A DNA stretch of 64,000 nucleotides from Eledone cirrhosa (GCA_964016885.1 OZ024758.1:1116001-1180000); one strand, 5' to 3'; shown: positions 1 through 15,099, counted from the stretch's first letter. Notes: generated from the letters alone by a model not told the origin. A program made the numbers and translations.

Positions 1-100
1 ATATATATATATAACCATAATTCCCGTAGACCAAATATTTATTATTAGTACAAAATTTTAATTCAATATATATTCAATTTATATAATATATATAAATATG

Positions 101-149
<49 letters not shown>

Positions 150-292
150 CAGAATGGAAGTGGTAGAAACCAGTTAGACCATTAATCACCAGAGTACACG
201 ATATTTGGGGTAGTAGAGTGAGTAATACGAAAACTTCGGGACCCCGACGGTTAAGTTTCAACAGCTAGCTCACCCGTCGGGGTCCCGAATTA

Positions 293-361
<69 letters not shown>

Positions 362-702
362 GTTTCTACTTTTGGCACAAGGCCAGCAATAACCCAGTAC
401 ATTACTGGTACTTTATTTTATCGACCCCGTAAGGATGAAAGACAAAGTTATAACGAAGTGAGGACAAGACAACGAACGGATACAAGGCAAAACGGAAGAA
501 TTATTTCAGGGGAAACCTTAAAATGTTATTTGTTAAAATAAAAATACAAATGAAGGGCACAGAATTGGCCCACCAGGGGTCGCAGCTTCTGACACAATCC
601 AAACGCTGTCCAGTGGGCGAGATAGATTAATTTATAGCAATTAAGCTTCAATAAGTTAAAAGAATTTTATATATATACATACTATATATATATATATGTA
701 TA

Positions 703-784
<82 letters not shown>

Positions 785-786
<2 letters not shown>

Positions 787-1151
787 TAAACGGAATAGAA
801 AATGCTGACAAATTGTTCACAGTTGAAAAATGGTTTAATTAGGAATAAAAGAGTATTAGTGATTGTATGGGTTAGTATTCAGTTGTGGTTTTAAGTTTTA
901 AGTTTTTACCGGTTGCGCATTTCTAAATGCTTTTCAAAAATAATTTGAGATAGAGTGTCCGTGTTGTTTGCTCACGGACACTCTATCTCAAAATTATTTT
1001 TGAAAAGCATTTAGAAATGCGCAACCGGTAAAACTTAAAAACTTAAAACCACAACTGAATACTAACCCATACAATCACTAATACTCTTTATTCCTAATTA
1101 AACCATTTTTCAACTGTGAACAATTTGTCAGCATTTTCTATTCCGTTTACC
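785..1151. repeat. Near-perfect 367-bp palindrome (about 179-bp arms, 9-nt loop) between (TA)n arrays
   Basis: 785-963 is the reverse complement of 973-1151 apart from single-base indels in homopolymer runs. Confidence 0.95.
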
Positions 1152-1192
1152 AATATATAATAACTTGTGTGTTACACCTCTATTCTTTTAAC

Positions 1193-2800
<1,608 letters not shown>

Positions 2801-3061
2801 CAAAAAGGGGGTGAGAGGAAACGGTGCAAATGAAATAAATAAATATATATATACACATTTTAGTACAGCATTAACGAAGCTCTTAGGCTGCGGCTAAGCT
2901 AACGAATGCAAATTCGGAATGTAGCTTTAGCACTCGATGGAGAATAATACCCCAGAGTAATAACAATACGTTTAGACAGCTTTGTAAATAAAATATAGCG
3001 ATCGGCAGTCCAGTCGCATTGCCATAGCAACGAAAAAGACTGGACTCAGAAAAAAAAAAAA

Positions 3062-3167
<106 letters not shown>

Positions 3168-3344
3168 ATATATATATGTAAATATATATATATGTATATA
3201 TATATATATATGTATATATATGTATATATATATGTATATATATGTATATATATATATATGTATATATATGTATATATATATATATATGTATATATATGTA
3301 TATATATATATATGTATATATATGTATATATATATATATGTATA

Positions 3345-3414
<70 letters not shown>

Positions 3415-3415
<1 letters not shown>

Positions 3416-3834
3416 CGTTTCTGAATTTGTTTAGCAAGATTCTTTATCTGAAATCGTGTGTTGAAACCGATATTGTTATACTTTGGGAGGGTCATCTTGC
3501 CAATAAGAAACACACGCACCAGTTGCTTTCACTTCAATTTATTATAATAAATTTATAATAAATTTATAAATTTATTAATTTCTGGTTGGTTGGTTGGTTG
3601 GTTCCACAACCAGATAGTTGTTTATATATTGTCACAGTTCTTTCGTCACACACTCTGTGACCTCTTCAGTGACTGGGGATTCCTTTCTTTGTTTCTGTGC
3701 CTCTCCTTTGTTCTGTCCTACGCCAGAAATTTATAAATTTATAAATTTATTATAAATTTATTATAATAATTTGAAGTGAAAGCAACTGGTGCGTGTGTTT
3801 CTTATTGGCAACATGACCCTCCCAAAGTATAACA

Positions 3835-3837
<3 letters not shown>
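3415..3837. mobile_element. Fold-back insert, probable Penelope-like element terminus (inverted arms 3471-3585 / 3723-3837)
   Basis: About 115-bp inverted arms, flanking (TA)n, hammerhead-like core in the spacer; shares sequence with 63060-63467 and 7290-7345. Confidence 0.65.
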
Positions 3838-3925
<88 letters not shown>

Positions 3926-3937
3926 CATATATATATA

Positions 3938-4011
<74 letters not shown>

Positions 4012-4037
4012 TATACATATATATACATATATATATA

Positions 4038-4131
<94 letters not shown>

Positions 4132-4136
4132 CACAC

Positions 4137-4183
<47 letters not shown>

Positions 4184-4420
4184 TATATATATACACATAT
4201 GCATGTGTCTATGGTGGGTGTGACATATTTTGATGTACAAACCGGACAAAAAGTACTCTTGCTTTTGTAGGCTAAATAAAAGTTGAACAACGGGAAAAGA
4301 AGTTCTTTAGAAGATCTGAGAAACCGCTCGCCCTACCGGTTTATAACAAATATATTCTCTCATGTGTACTATATTACTGCAGCTATGTTGTAAGTCTGGG
4401 AGCAAACACACGCATACATA

Positions 4421-4524
<104 letters not shown>

Positions 4525-4528
4525 CACA

Positions 4529-4566
<38 letters not shown>

Positions 4567-5113
4567 CACACAATCTCTCACGTATTGCCCTATGTTGAAT
4601 AACGTGGGTCTGTTTCTGATATGTTTGGGAAAAATTACACTGGTGGTCACATTCGGAATGTCTTTGATCTTAGAGTTGACTTTGCCGAGAAAAAACACAT
4701 GAGCAACATGCAGAATATACCCAATAAGCAATCTCACTGCTTCACTTATAGAGACTATAATAATAATTTCTACTTTTGGTACAAGGTCAGCAAATATCAC
4801 AGTATATTACTGGTACTTTTATTGACCCTGTAAGGATGAAAGGCAAAGTTAACCTCGAATAATAATACTAACATAAGTCAAAACTAACATATTTATACTA
4901 ATAAAATATTGGTTTCTTATATAGGCACAAGGCCAGAAATTTTAGGGGTGGGGAAAGTCGATTAAATCGACCCCAGTGCGTGACTGATACTTTATTTTAT
5001 CGACCCCGTAAGGATAAAAGGCAAACCTCGAATACTAAAACTAACATATGACAATACTAACATATTAATAATAATAAAATAATTGTTTCTACTTTTGGCA
5101 CTAGGCCAGCAAT

Positions 5114-5313
5114 NNNNNNNNNNNNNNNNNNNNNNNNNNNNNNNNNNNNNNNNNNNNNNNNNNNNNNNNNNNNNNNNNNNNNNNNNNNNNNNNNNNNNNN
5201 NNNNNNNNNNNNNNNNNNNNNNNNNNNNNNNNNNNNNNNNNNNNNNNNNNNNNNNNNNNNNNNNNNNNNNNNNNNNNNNNNNNNNNNNNNNNNNNNNNNN
5301 NNNNNNNNNNNNN
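5114..5313. other. Assembly gap (200 N)
   Basis: Run of N; SINE fragments on both sides. Confidence 1.
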
Positions 5314-5472
5314 TTGCTAATACTCTCTAACGGTCTCAACTCCAGGTAGAAGGAGCAACGTGAAATAAAGTGTCTTGCTCAAGGACATAACGCATCGCCC
5401 GGTCCAGGAGTCGAACTCGCAACATCACGATTGCGAATCCAATTCTTTTACCACTCAGCTACGCGCCTTCAC

Positions 5473-5519
<47 letters not shown>

Positions 5520-6428
5520 AGGATATCCGTAGACGAATGATCAAGGAAACCAGTACTTAATCTGTTGCAAGAGAGCTTATTTAGTATAAACAATATTTCC
5601 TACACTTATCATGGCTGTGAAGTATTTTAAAAGTTATTTTATTAAATCAACAATTTTGACTTCAAATGAAAGTTTCGAAGCAATTTCAAACACAATTCAA
5701 AGTTAAAAACCACATTAAGTCAAAGAAAATATAACTAAATTCATTTTCTTTATGCTAAATATTTTTGTTTATAACAAATTATGCAGTTTCGAAAGTTTCA
5801 ATTACGTCTTTAAACTAAAACACCCTCTCTCTCTAGATTGAAACTTGGTTACCTCAATCCTCAGCTAAACTTAGTTACCCCTCCTTCTACCTACTAATTG
5901 CTTGATCAAGGACTTACACACTAAGGTCGAACTGGAGCTGTACAACAAAATATAGATTATACAATGCACTAAATGGAGAAGACCTTTTTCACAAACTTAT
6001 ACGTAGCTACCCACCATTCTTTCTGTCTCGTCCATTGCCTTGAGCGTGGGCCAATAATGCATTTCCTACTTCAAGCATAACGAGATTTATTACATTGTTA
6101 TGATATAAATTATCTCGGGGAAGAGATTTTCATTTTAGGTGGTCTAAATATTAAGAAGGCAACCCTGATTTTGTTTTATTTGTTAAGACGTTGTAATGAA
6201 AGATTTTGGAGAGAATCGAAAAGACATAATATCTTAATTATAATGTTGCTATGAATGTCACCTGATTAATCAGACGGTAATTACAGGGGGATGAACTGTC
6301 ACCCTCTAGACCAACGAAAATCTAACGCCCTCCCACCCATGATGCAGTTAGATTGATATAATCACCTAACCACATATTTGAGGTGATGTACCAAACCCTA
6401 CATCACCTCATATGTGGGTGGGTGTGAG

Positions 6429-6539
<111 letters not shown>

Positions 6540-6547
6540 TGTGAGTG

Positions 6548-6688
6548 GTGAAGGTGTGTGTCTGAGTGGTTACAGGATTGGATTCGCAATCATGAGGTTG
6601 TGAGTTCGATTCCCAGACCAGGCTATGCGTTATGTCCTTGAGCAAGACACTTTATTTCACGTTGCTCCTTCTACCTGGAGTTGCGACC
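6548..6688 (+). mobile_element. tRNA-derived SINE family 2; other copies (- strand) at about 5330-5471, 17875-18020, 20120-20260, 36345-36462, 56190-56285
   Basis: A box (CTGAGTGGTT), B box (GAGTTCGATTCC), then a shared TGTCCTTGAGCAAGACACTTTATTTCACGTTGCTCC body resembling CORE/V-type SINE domains. Confidence 0.85.
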
Positions 6689-6853
6689 GATAGATAGTAT
6701 TGGAAATTGGAAAGACCAATGGAAACATTGTTTCCTCGGTCCGTTGTGACGAAAGTCGATCGACTGTCGATAAATATATATAGAGAGAAAGAGAGGGGGA
6801 GAGAAGAGATGGGGAGAGAGAGAAAGCAAAATAGTGGGAGAGACAGCAAGAGA

Positions 6854-6919
<66 letters not shown>

Positions 6920-7005
6920 AGAGAGAGAGATGATGATGTTTTAAAGAGAATATATACATATACGCACAGTATGAATGGAAATATAGCTATATTTTTGCTA
7001 CTCAC

Positions 7006-7171
7006 CTTTCTCACACCTGGACATATTAACGAACATTTGCTTCCTTCATAGTTTTGCTCTGTACAGTTATACATCCTGGTAAATTCCGGCGCTATTGTTG
7101 CACACTTCACACGTGTACATCTCCTGCCAGACCATTGTCCGTTTTCCTGACAGGTCAAGTGCAAACTTCGT
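7006..7171 (-). CDS. PAPPA: Pappalysin exon R (LTCQENGQWSGRRCTRVKC...MYNCT...GSKCSLICPG); last exon found
   Basis: Acceptor tttgcag, donor gtgagt; 166 nt, phase 2 to 0; no stop, so the gene continues downstream. Confidence 0.92.
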
Positions 7172-7248
7172 CTGCAAATGATAATACATGAATTCAGATA
7201 AACCTCAACTCTGAAAGTTTTTATAAAACTATATACAGGGAAAATCCG

Positions 7249-7290
<42 letters not shown>

Positions 7291-7340
7291 TTGGAAACAA
7301 ATATTGTTATATGGCCTTCCCGAAATATAACAATATATAT

Positions 7341-7431
<91 letters not shown>

Positions 7432-7500
7432 AAGAGAAACATTAAAAGGGAATAAAAAATAGATAAGAAATATGATAATGAAATATGATAATAAGGGTAC

Positions 7501-7705
7501 CTTTTTGTGTTCAATCCTTCGGCATGGAATCCATTCTTGCAGCGGAATCTGCATCTAGTCCCAGCTTGTTGAACGCCATGACTACAGGAGCGGGTCATTA
7601 GTTGAGCATGGCTTCGGGGAAGAGGAGTGAGACAAAATGTCAAACAATAGGCGTCCACCATTGACCAACGTCCATTTGATTCACAGGTAATTGTCGTATC
7701 TGTAC
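7501..7705 (-). CDS. PAPPA: Pappalysin exon Q ([17 protein letters not shown]...[13 protein letters not shown])
   Basis: Acceptor tttccag, donor gtaccc; 205 nt, phase 1 to 2. Confidence 0.92.
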
Positions 7706-7923
7706 CTGGAAATATAGCAACATTTCTACCTGTATAATAGTTACTAATGTGGGTCCATTACATCGACCCCAGTGTGTGACTGGTACTTTATTTTATCGAC
7801 CCCGTAAGGAATGAAAAGTCAAAGCTAACCTCGGCGGGAATGTAACTCTATGTCGCAAAGCACTGTGTCCGACGCTCTACCGATTCTACCAACTCACCGC
7901 TCTTTACTTGTATAATAACACAC

Positions 7924-7969
<46 letters not shown>

Positions 7970-9014
7970 GCTCTTTTGATATTGACACTCAAATTTCTTT
8001 ATGCATCTATATGTATTTATGAGGCTCGGTGATAGGTTCATCGGTTGTCAGTGAAGGAGTGATGTTAGAGCTGTGAAATCTTGCATACATGATTTTCCAC
8101 AGACTATGTTAAAAATAAACCTCATTTCGTCATTCCATGAGAGTATCTTGGTCAGCCTATGAACATTTCAGTGGAGCCATGTAATAGATTCCCTACACGT
8201 CAAACAAATGAAACTAGTTCAGTTGGTTACATAGACAACAGCTGTTCTTATGTATTATCATAGTCAGAGTGATATGACGCTCAAGAGGTCAAATCTGGAT
8301 TTCAAAATAATTCTTTCATGTTGATTGATATATGTCATTAAAAACAAAACAGTAGACAATAAATTACGAGGCATTGGATTGGCAGATCATCAGAAGGTAG
8401 AGGATATTGTGTATTTAGTTACGTCCCTTTATATATTGCTTTCTAATCACTCAACTATAATTTTCATCATTTCGGGTTCGATACAATACCAAATAAGCAC
8501 TGAGTTCGTTCTAATAGTATACATACTTCCCTAAAAGTTGAGGTCTTGTGGCTATGTACGAAATCCATATATTTAATACATGTGTTTAGAGGAATTTTAA
8601 AAACCATGTATAACATGCTCATACATATTTTTTATATAAGGAATATTCAAGTTTCCTTCTCTCTGTCAGTCACATCCAGACATTGGACACAGGTAGTTTC
8701 TAACATTTCATATATGATGTGGTGTTTATGTATCATAGGTAGCTTTCCTCATGGTTGGAATTTTTCTCTGCAAACTAATCAATGGAATGATATCCCTAAT
8801 TGTTTACCTAAGTCATCTATCACTATTTGGTTAAATCATCCATCGCTATTTGATTAAAACAAGGAAATATCTACGTCTAAACGTGGATATCTTTACCATT
8901 AACACGAACTATTGATTATCTCTTATTGATATGATTATTGATTAATACTGACAAATACTGTTTTATAGATTTGAATATACATTAATCGATAAATGCAGTT
9001 TGAAAGCAACATAC

Positions 9015-9205
9015 CTTTTAGCTGCGCTGGAGGGTTGCAAGTAAAGTTACAGTGGCTCTTGTATGAGGTTCCATATGGACAAGAAAATGTTGTATGTACC
9101 ATAGAAGGCATCTTGCAGTCAACGGGGTGACAAGCAATCTCTTCCGATCGCTGCCAATAACCATCTGCACAAATTACTTCGTTTAGGGCGTTGTTTAGTT
9201 GATAA
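9015..9205 (-). CDS. PAPPA: Pappalysin exon P (CCP1 end/CCP2: IACHPVDC...FSCPYGTSYKSHCNFTCNPPAQLK)
   Basis: Acceptor attttag, donor gtatgt; 191 nt, phase 2 to 1. Confidence 0.94.
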
Positions 9206-9999
9206 CTAAAATACATTAACAAGAAAAATCATAATAAATTATAATAATGGATTCAGATTTAGGCACAAGGCCAACAATTTCTTCTTTTGTGGGGGGAAAG
9301 TCGATTAAATTAATCCAGTGCATTACTGGTACTTTATTTTATAAACCCTGTAAGGATGAAAGGCAAAGCTAACTTCGGCAGGATTTGAACTTAGATCGCA
9401 AAGGGTTGTAACTCTATGCTACACAGTATTTCTTTCCGAAGCTCCACCTATACTGCCAATCCACCAACTTGTTAGGTAGAAATCCAAAATCTCAGCAAGA
9501 TTATATTTCTCAAAGATATTTGACTCCTCTTTAAAGTGAAATGTCCTCAGAATCGTAATTCGTTTCCAGATTTTACTCATAGTAACGTTATACTCAACTT
9601 AAAAAATATCATGAATAGTATTACATAGTTTTCACCAGCTCAGGTAGCACATATCGCTAATTATTTAGTATAAAGTATAGTGGATTATATCTATATGTAG
9701 TATGCATATCTGTAAGCCCGAAGAAATGTTACGATGACGTTCAGTGACCCACCAACCTTTGATTAGGAACATTGTGTGCTCAAAATGCTTACCAATATGT
9801 TAGTAAAATTGAATATCCACACCTGAATAAGGCAGGATTGTATTACACAGCTATTATAATTGACTTTACAATGAAAGAGTAAACATTCGTTTCATCATTT
9901 TAATAAGAGACTGGGCAAACTAACAACTCTAATTGAATGACCAATTATTGCTCTTATAAATAGAGATTTTTCATGAAATTAATTTAATATGTCAGAATT

Positions 10000-10440
10000 A
10001 TCAAACTCCTATATGGGTGCAAGAGGAAGAATGGGAAGACCAACCAAAAGACACAATTAAATGTTTTTTGACACCAAATTCCTACACGAAATCCTTGGTA
10101 TCAGGTGGGAGGACTTCCCTAGCAACATAGAAATTCGTCAACAAACCCACCAACAACATATGTCTAACAACATGCGCAAGCATCGACTTGGTGGTTGTCA
10201 CATGTCACATGACACGTCACATGACTCCCAAGTGAGAGACATCTTAATAAGCTTCTGTATTATTACCTCCATGGAAGAGGTGAAGAGGATATCTCAAGAT
10301 TAACTGGCAGCAATCAATGGACAGAGACCTGAAGCCCGTCAAGAAACGTTGGAACGATGTATTGATATAATACAAATGTCCGTGGTCATTGGAACATTTT
10401 GGCTGCCTCATGCATCTCAATAGGAGGAGCTTCTAAGTCT
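10000..10440 (+). mobile_element. Decayed 3' fragment of an RTE-clade LINE
   Basis: Translates LLYGC...QLNVFDTKFLHEILGIRWEDFPSNIEIRQQT...RKHRL, like the RTE RT C-terminal region; has frameshifts and a taagtc-type tail. Confidence 0.75.
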
Positions 10441-10490
10441 AATTAAACCCCAATATCATTGATTTCATTAAACATAATACCATAACATAC

Positions 10491-10737
10491 CCATCTATAC
10501 AACTAATATGGCAGACATCACTTTCCCCTCGTCCGGTACATGACATTAAAGCGTTCTTCAAGGTAAGTTGGCCACACAATATTGCTGGACATGTTTGGTT
10601 AACACATTGCTGTGATCGTGGGTTGTAAAACTCTTCCCCTCCGCAGTTCTCTGGTGTTATAGGATCAAAACTTTCAGAAGATCGGAGACGTACTCCAGCA
10701 ATGGCGATTTTTGCCGAGGAAAGTGACAGCTTTATAC
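10491..10737 (-). CDS. PAPPA: Pappalysin exon O (IAIAGVRLRSSESFDPIT...start of CCP1)
   Basis: Acceptor attgtag, donor gtatgt; 247 nt, phase 1 to 2. Confidence 0.93.
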
Positions 10738-10896
10738 CTACAATTGAAAATAAATACAAATTTAAGTATATTTTTACTTAACTGTTGGATGATAATTTAC
10801 AAAGGAATTATTATGTAAATATTTTATAAATCTAAACTACATTAATATATTTTGTTTCGGATATATATAAACATTGATATATATATATATATATAT

Positions 10897-10968
<72 letters not shown>

Positions 10969-11113
10969 TTGTCGGTAAACACACTAAGGAAAGACAAGAG
11001 GAAAATGAACAGAAAATACATCTTTATCAATAAAGAGCTCTCAGAAAGCATAAAATTATCTATATACATTATTGTTGATTTAAGGTAAAAGTGGGACTAT
11101 TTCGGATACAAAC

Positions 11114-11336
11114 CTTTTGTTTTAAAAAATGGCTTACTAAGATCGTGAAATATTGAGATATGGACGGGATTTGTGTCACAAAGAATCATTAGTTTTCTTT
11201 CGACATCTGTCACGTGATCGTTAGTATCAATCAATTGAATAAAGATAAATTTATTCTCTGGACTGTCATAGGTTCTTCCATCTGATCCCAGGTAAATGAT
11301 TACAGCTACCGCGATAACCGGGCGTTTGAAATATAT
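11114..11336 (-). CDS. PAPPA: Pappalysin exon N (IYFKRPVIAVAVIIYLGSDG...FHDLSKPFFKTK)
   Basis: Acceptor tcaacag, donor gtttgt; 223 nt, phase 0 to 1; resembles human YFSQPMVAAAVIVHLVTDG...HDLSQPFY. Confidence 0.93.
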
Positions 11337-11603
11337 CTGTTGAAATAGAAAATAAGATAAAATATTTTTGTATCTCTGTACGATGTGTGTATATGTGTAT
11401 TACAATGTATTTATATATATATAAATATATCCTGTTCATGGCCTGCTGTCTGTGAATAGAGTATATCTGACACATATTTAGCAATATACTGTATGTTTAA
11501 TTAAAAACATTTAGAAGACCATTCGCAATGAGTTTTAAATTAAACACAGTATATTGCCAAATATACTATACATACATTCATATATATATATATATGTATA
11601 TAT

Positions 11604-11684
<81 letters not shown>

Positions 11685-11999
11685 ACAACCCACCAGAGTA
11701 CTCGATACTTAGGATAGTAGAGTGGGTAATATGAAAGAATTCAGGACCCCGACGGCTGAGCTCCGGCCGTTTCGACAGCTAGATCCGAACGGCTTAGTTC
11801 GGCTATTGGATATGTCTGAATATTTTGGGACATTAACGGTTGGAGTGACTTTCATCAATTCCGCTAGTTTAGGGTTGATCTGGTGATTAACAACATCGAA
11901 ATACTATCATCCCAAAACACATGCTGATTATATGCTAGTGATTTAACTAATCAAAACCTACAGACTGTTGCCGGTTTTATCTGCACGTATATTGTACAT

Positions 12000-12060
<61 letters not shown>

Positions 12061-12256
12061 CCCATCAAAGTAACTGTATGACAGGTGGCAGATGGTGAGA
12101 CTTTAGTGGCAATGAACTCTGCATGTTATGACAGGATCTGTGTGAAGCAATAGCTGTATATGCTTAGTAGAAACAAAACTCTCTCACATGCACACACACA
12201 TACATTTACACACACACATACACACATCCACACACACATATATATATATATATATA

Positions 12257-12341
<85 letters not shown>

Positions 12342-12884
12342 TAGTTGAATTTTGTATTAAATATTTAAGTAGGTAGACCACTCAATCCGGGTAACGAGTT
12401 TTGTTATGTAAATTATTTTATTATATCAATTATTTAAAAAATAAAGGAGGTGATACGCTGCTTGCAGACGCGTGTAAAAATATTTTGCACGTGCAAACAT
12501 GACTCAGAGTTTCAGCTTATGACCAAAGACCTGCACCACCACTGTCACTACAACAACTACAGAAAACAACCAACAAAGCCATCACCGACAACAACAACTA
12601 GAACAGCTGTAGCAACAGTAACAGTGACACCAACAAGCTTTTTATCAATGCTGTAGAATACTATAATTATTGGGAACTGGCAGTATCGTTAGATCGTCGG
12701 ACATCATTCTTTATGGTATATAGTTATAGCCCTTTACGTTCTGAGTCCCAATCTCACCGAGGTAAGCTTTGTCTTTCATCCTTACGGGGCTGATAAGATA
12801 AAGCACCAGTAATGCACTGGGGGCGATTTAATCCACTTTCCACTTCTCCCAAATTTGCTGGCCTTGTGCATAAATCAGAAACCT

Positions 12885-13078
12885 GGTGGAATGGCAGTAT
12901 CGGTAGAGAGTCGGACGCCATGCTTTGCAGCAAAGTGTTACGGCCCTTTATGGTCTGAGTTCAAATCCTGCCAAGGTTAACTCTTCCTTTCATCCTTACG
13001 GGGTCGATAAAATAAAGTACCAGTAATACACTGGGGTAATTGCTGGCCTTGTGCCAACAAGTAGAAACAATTATTATT
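12885..13078 (+). mobile_element. tRNA-derived SINE family 1, representative copy of about 25 (others near 357, 4760, 4905, 7750, 9250, 12665, 15565, 21808, 22830, 24675, 27355, 30527-30895 x3, 31495, 41605, 42432, 43155, 43828, 44838, 45137, 49462, 49828, 51977)
   Basis: tRNA-like head (TGGCAGTATCGG...GAGTTCAAATCC), central CCTTTCATCCTTACGGGGTCGATAAAATAAAGTACCAG (MetaSINE-like from memory), GCTGGCCTTGTGCC...GTAGAAAC end and (ATT)n tail. Confidence 0.9.
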
Positions 13079-13142
13079 GATAACATCGAACTTCTTTACA
13101 AGTTGAAATGTTATATTTATTTGTCTGAATGTTTATAGTATT

Positions 13143-13410
13143 ATATACTGTAATTAATATACTGTAAAATACTATTAATATACTATTAAAATACTATTAA
13201 TATACTATTAAAATACTGTTAATATACTGTAAAATACTATTAATATACTGTAAAATACTATTAATATACTATTAAAATACTGTTAATATACTATTAAAAT
13301 ACTATTAATATACTGTAAAATACTATTAATATACTGTAAAATACTATTAATATACTATTAAAATACTATTAATATACTATTAAAATACTATTAATATACT
13401 GTAAAATATA
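13143..13410. repeat. AT-rich minisatellite, 21-22 bp unit TAATATACTG/ATTAAAATACTAT
   Basis: About 12 tandem units visible. Confidence 0.9.
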
Positions 13411-13517
13411 AATAACCTTCTATAAAGGAATAAAAAAAGCAACTTGGTTCCTTATTTACATGTAGAAATATTTTGCAATCAGTTAAAGACTATGTCTGAA
13501 GTTATTGATAAAGGTAC

Positions 13518-13601
13518 CTTGACCCAGTAGTCATAATCAGGGAAGAAATTGATATTGTAAGGTCGCCAAACATCACTGAGGTTAGCATTATTTTTGCATT
13601 C
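13518..13601 (-). CDS. PAPPA: Pappalysin exon M (ECKNNANLSDVWRPYNINFFPDYDYWVK)
   Basis: Acceptor tttgcag, donor gtacct; 84 nt, phase 0 to 0; C...WxP...W pattern as in human QVC...AWYP...FWLR. Confidence 0.8.
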
Positions 13602-14410
13602 CTGCAAAAGAAGTAAATTTAAAGAAAATGATAGATAACATGAAAAAGGAAAGAAATTAATTGAGATTTACTTTAATTACTTCGCAACATAACGGTTCTA
13701 TCCTGAGCCAACGAGGTAAATGTTATGGAAACTTTCTGTGTGCTAGAGATAATGTTCGAATGAACCTCAAATTAGATACTTCCCTTTTTTAACGGGTTGA
13801 TACCCTGGAAATATAATCTAAACTATGATACGGAATGATCAGTCCTGATCACTTTTAATCATTTAAAAGTTAAAGAATGTCCCAAGTGTAGAGGCTAAGG
13901 AGGTTGGAACGTATAGCCGTTTAATCGTTGTTGATCGACTAAAAGTACCAAACTCCCCAATGGGTGAGACACCACTTTATTACAATGTTAAGTCCCGCTG
14001 CTACTGGTACTCATATTTTCTGGATTTGTTGGCCATAGATCTGTTTAACCAGAACTGACATGTGATTCAACAAAAGCAATAACAACAACTGTTCTCTCAC
14101 AAACGTTTTAAATTTTAAATCTTGTTGAAATAATTAATGCCCGAAGCCTGGTGCACACCCTCAATCAGGCACGGCTCTTCTAGAAAGTTAGAATGGTTTT
14201 GTGAATCAGTGGTACCTCTCAATTAGAAACCATACAGGGGTTAACACACTTCAAAATCATCGTATTGCATCTATCATTGTGGTCATCATAATGAATCTCG
14301 CAATTAAACATATTGTCTCGACTTCAGTAGGTTCTTTATTCCCCAACCTTCATGAAGATGATTTGAAATACACCCTGAAGGAAACGATATATTTAGGGGG
14401 TGAAAATTAC

Positions 14411-14613
14411 CTGAAACCTTGAGGGAGGGCCAATCAGTACGTCTTCTTCACAGCCAGGCATTTCTCGATGTTGAGGGTTACCACTAACAGATACGGGCCA
14501 TTGATCTTCATAACCGACTGGAGTGAAGAATCCACAATCTCGTAAACTCAAACCTTCTTCATCTTTTTCACACACACCATCACCATCATATCTGTAACAC
14601 AGGCTGGGCATTC
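14411..14613 (-). CDS. PAPPA: Pappalysin exon L (PSLCYRYDGDGVCE...DCGFFTPVGYEDQW...LIGPPSRFQ)
   Basis: Acceptor attatag, donor gtaatt; 203 nt, phase 1 to 0. Confidence 0.94.
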
Positions 14614-14734
14614 CTATAATAAAAATCATACGTATCGCCATAAATGCACACGAAGACGGACGAGTATTCATACACAAATACCCCTCCTGTGTGTGTATAT
14701 ATATATATATATATATTATGTGTGAGTGTATGTT

Positions 14735-14788
<54 letters not shown>

Positions 14789-15007
14789 TGTGCGAGTGTG
14801 TGCGCGCGTGTGTATGTATATGTGTATGTGAGTGTATGCGCGAGAATAGACTTGTGCGTGAGTGACTGTGTAGTTATGATAACAAATGACGGTAAACTCG
14901 GGGCGGCCATTTTGTCAGGTCAGCCATACATACTAATAAAAAAACACAGCTACACACTTCAAGATTTGAATTATATGAATGAAATTCTCCAAGACTTATC
15001 TTTATAC

Positions 15008-15099
15008 CTTTACACTTGTAATGTTTCTCCACCTGGCAATGTGTTGTGCACCCATCTCCGTTATGGACATTTCCATCATCACAGGATTCTCCCAGATGG
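15008..15099 (-). CDS. PAPPA: Pappalysin exon K (HLGESCDDGNVHNGDGCTTHCQVEKHYKCK)
   Basis: Acceptor tgtgtag, donor gtataa; 92 nt, phase 2 to 1. Confidence 0.93.

Noticed and set aside
520-625. Minus-strand DCVRSCDPWWANS resembling pappalysin CVKGCEPF before LNR3
   Set aside because: In-frame stop just upstream with no acceptor in between, and the LNR3 cysteine pattern does not follow.
3017-3031. RFX X-box-like ATTGCCATAGCAAC
   Set aside because: Single motif in a repeat-flanked island with no promoter context.
4570-4755. Complex segment as the next pappalysin exon
   Set aside because: Immediate stop in the required phase and no CCP cysteine or tryptophan pattern.
6548-6625. SINE heads as functional tRNA genes
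   Set aside because: Cloverleaves are incomplete and always fused to SINE bodies.
13681-13804. AG...GT bounded pseudo-exon in intron L-M
   Set aside because: Stops in all three frames; the protein is colinear without it.
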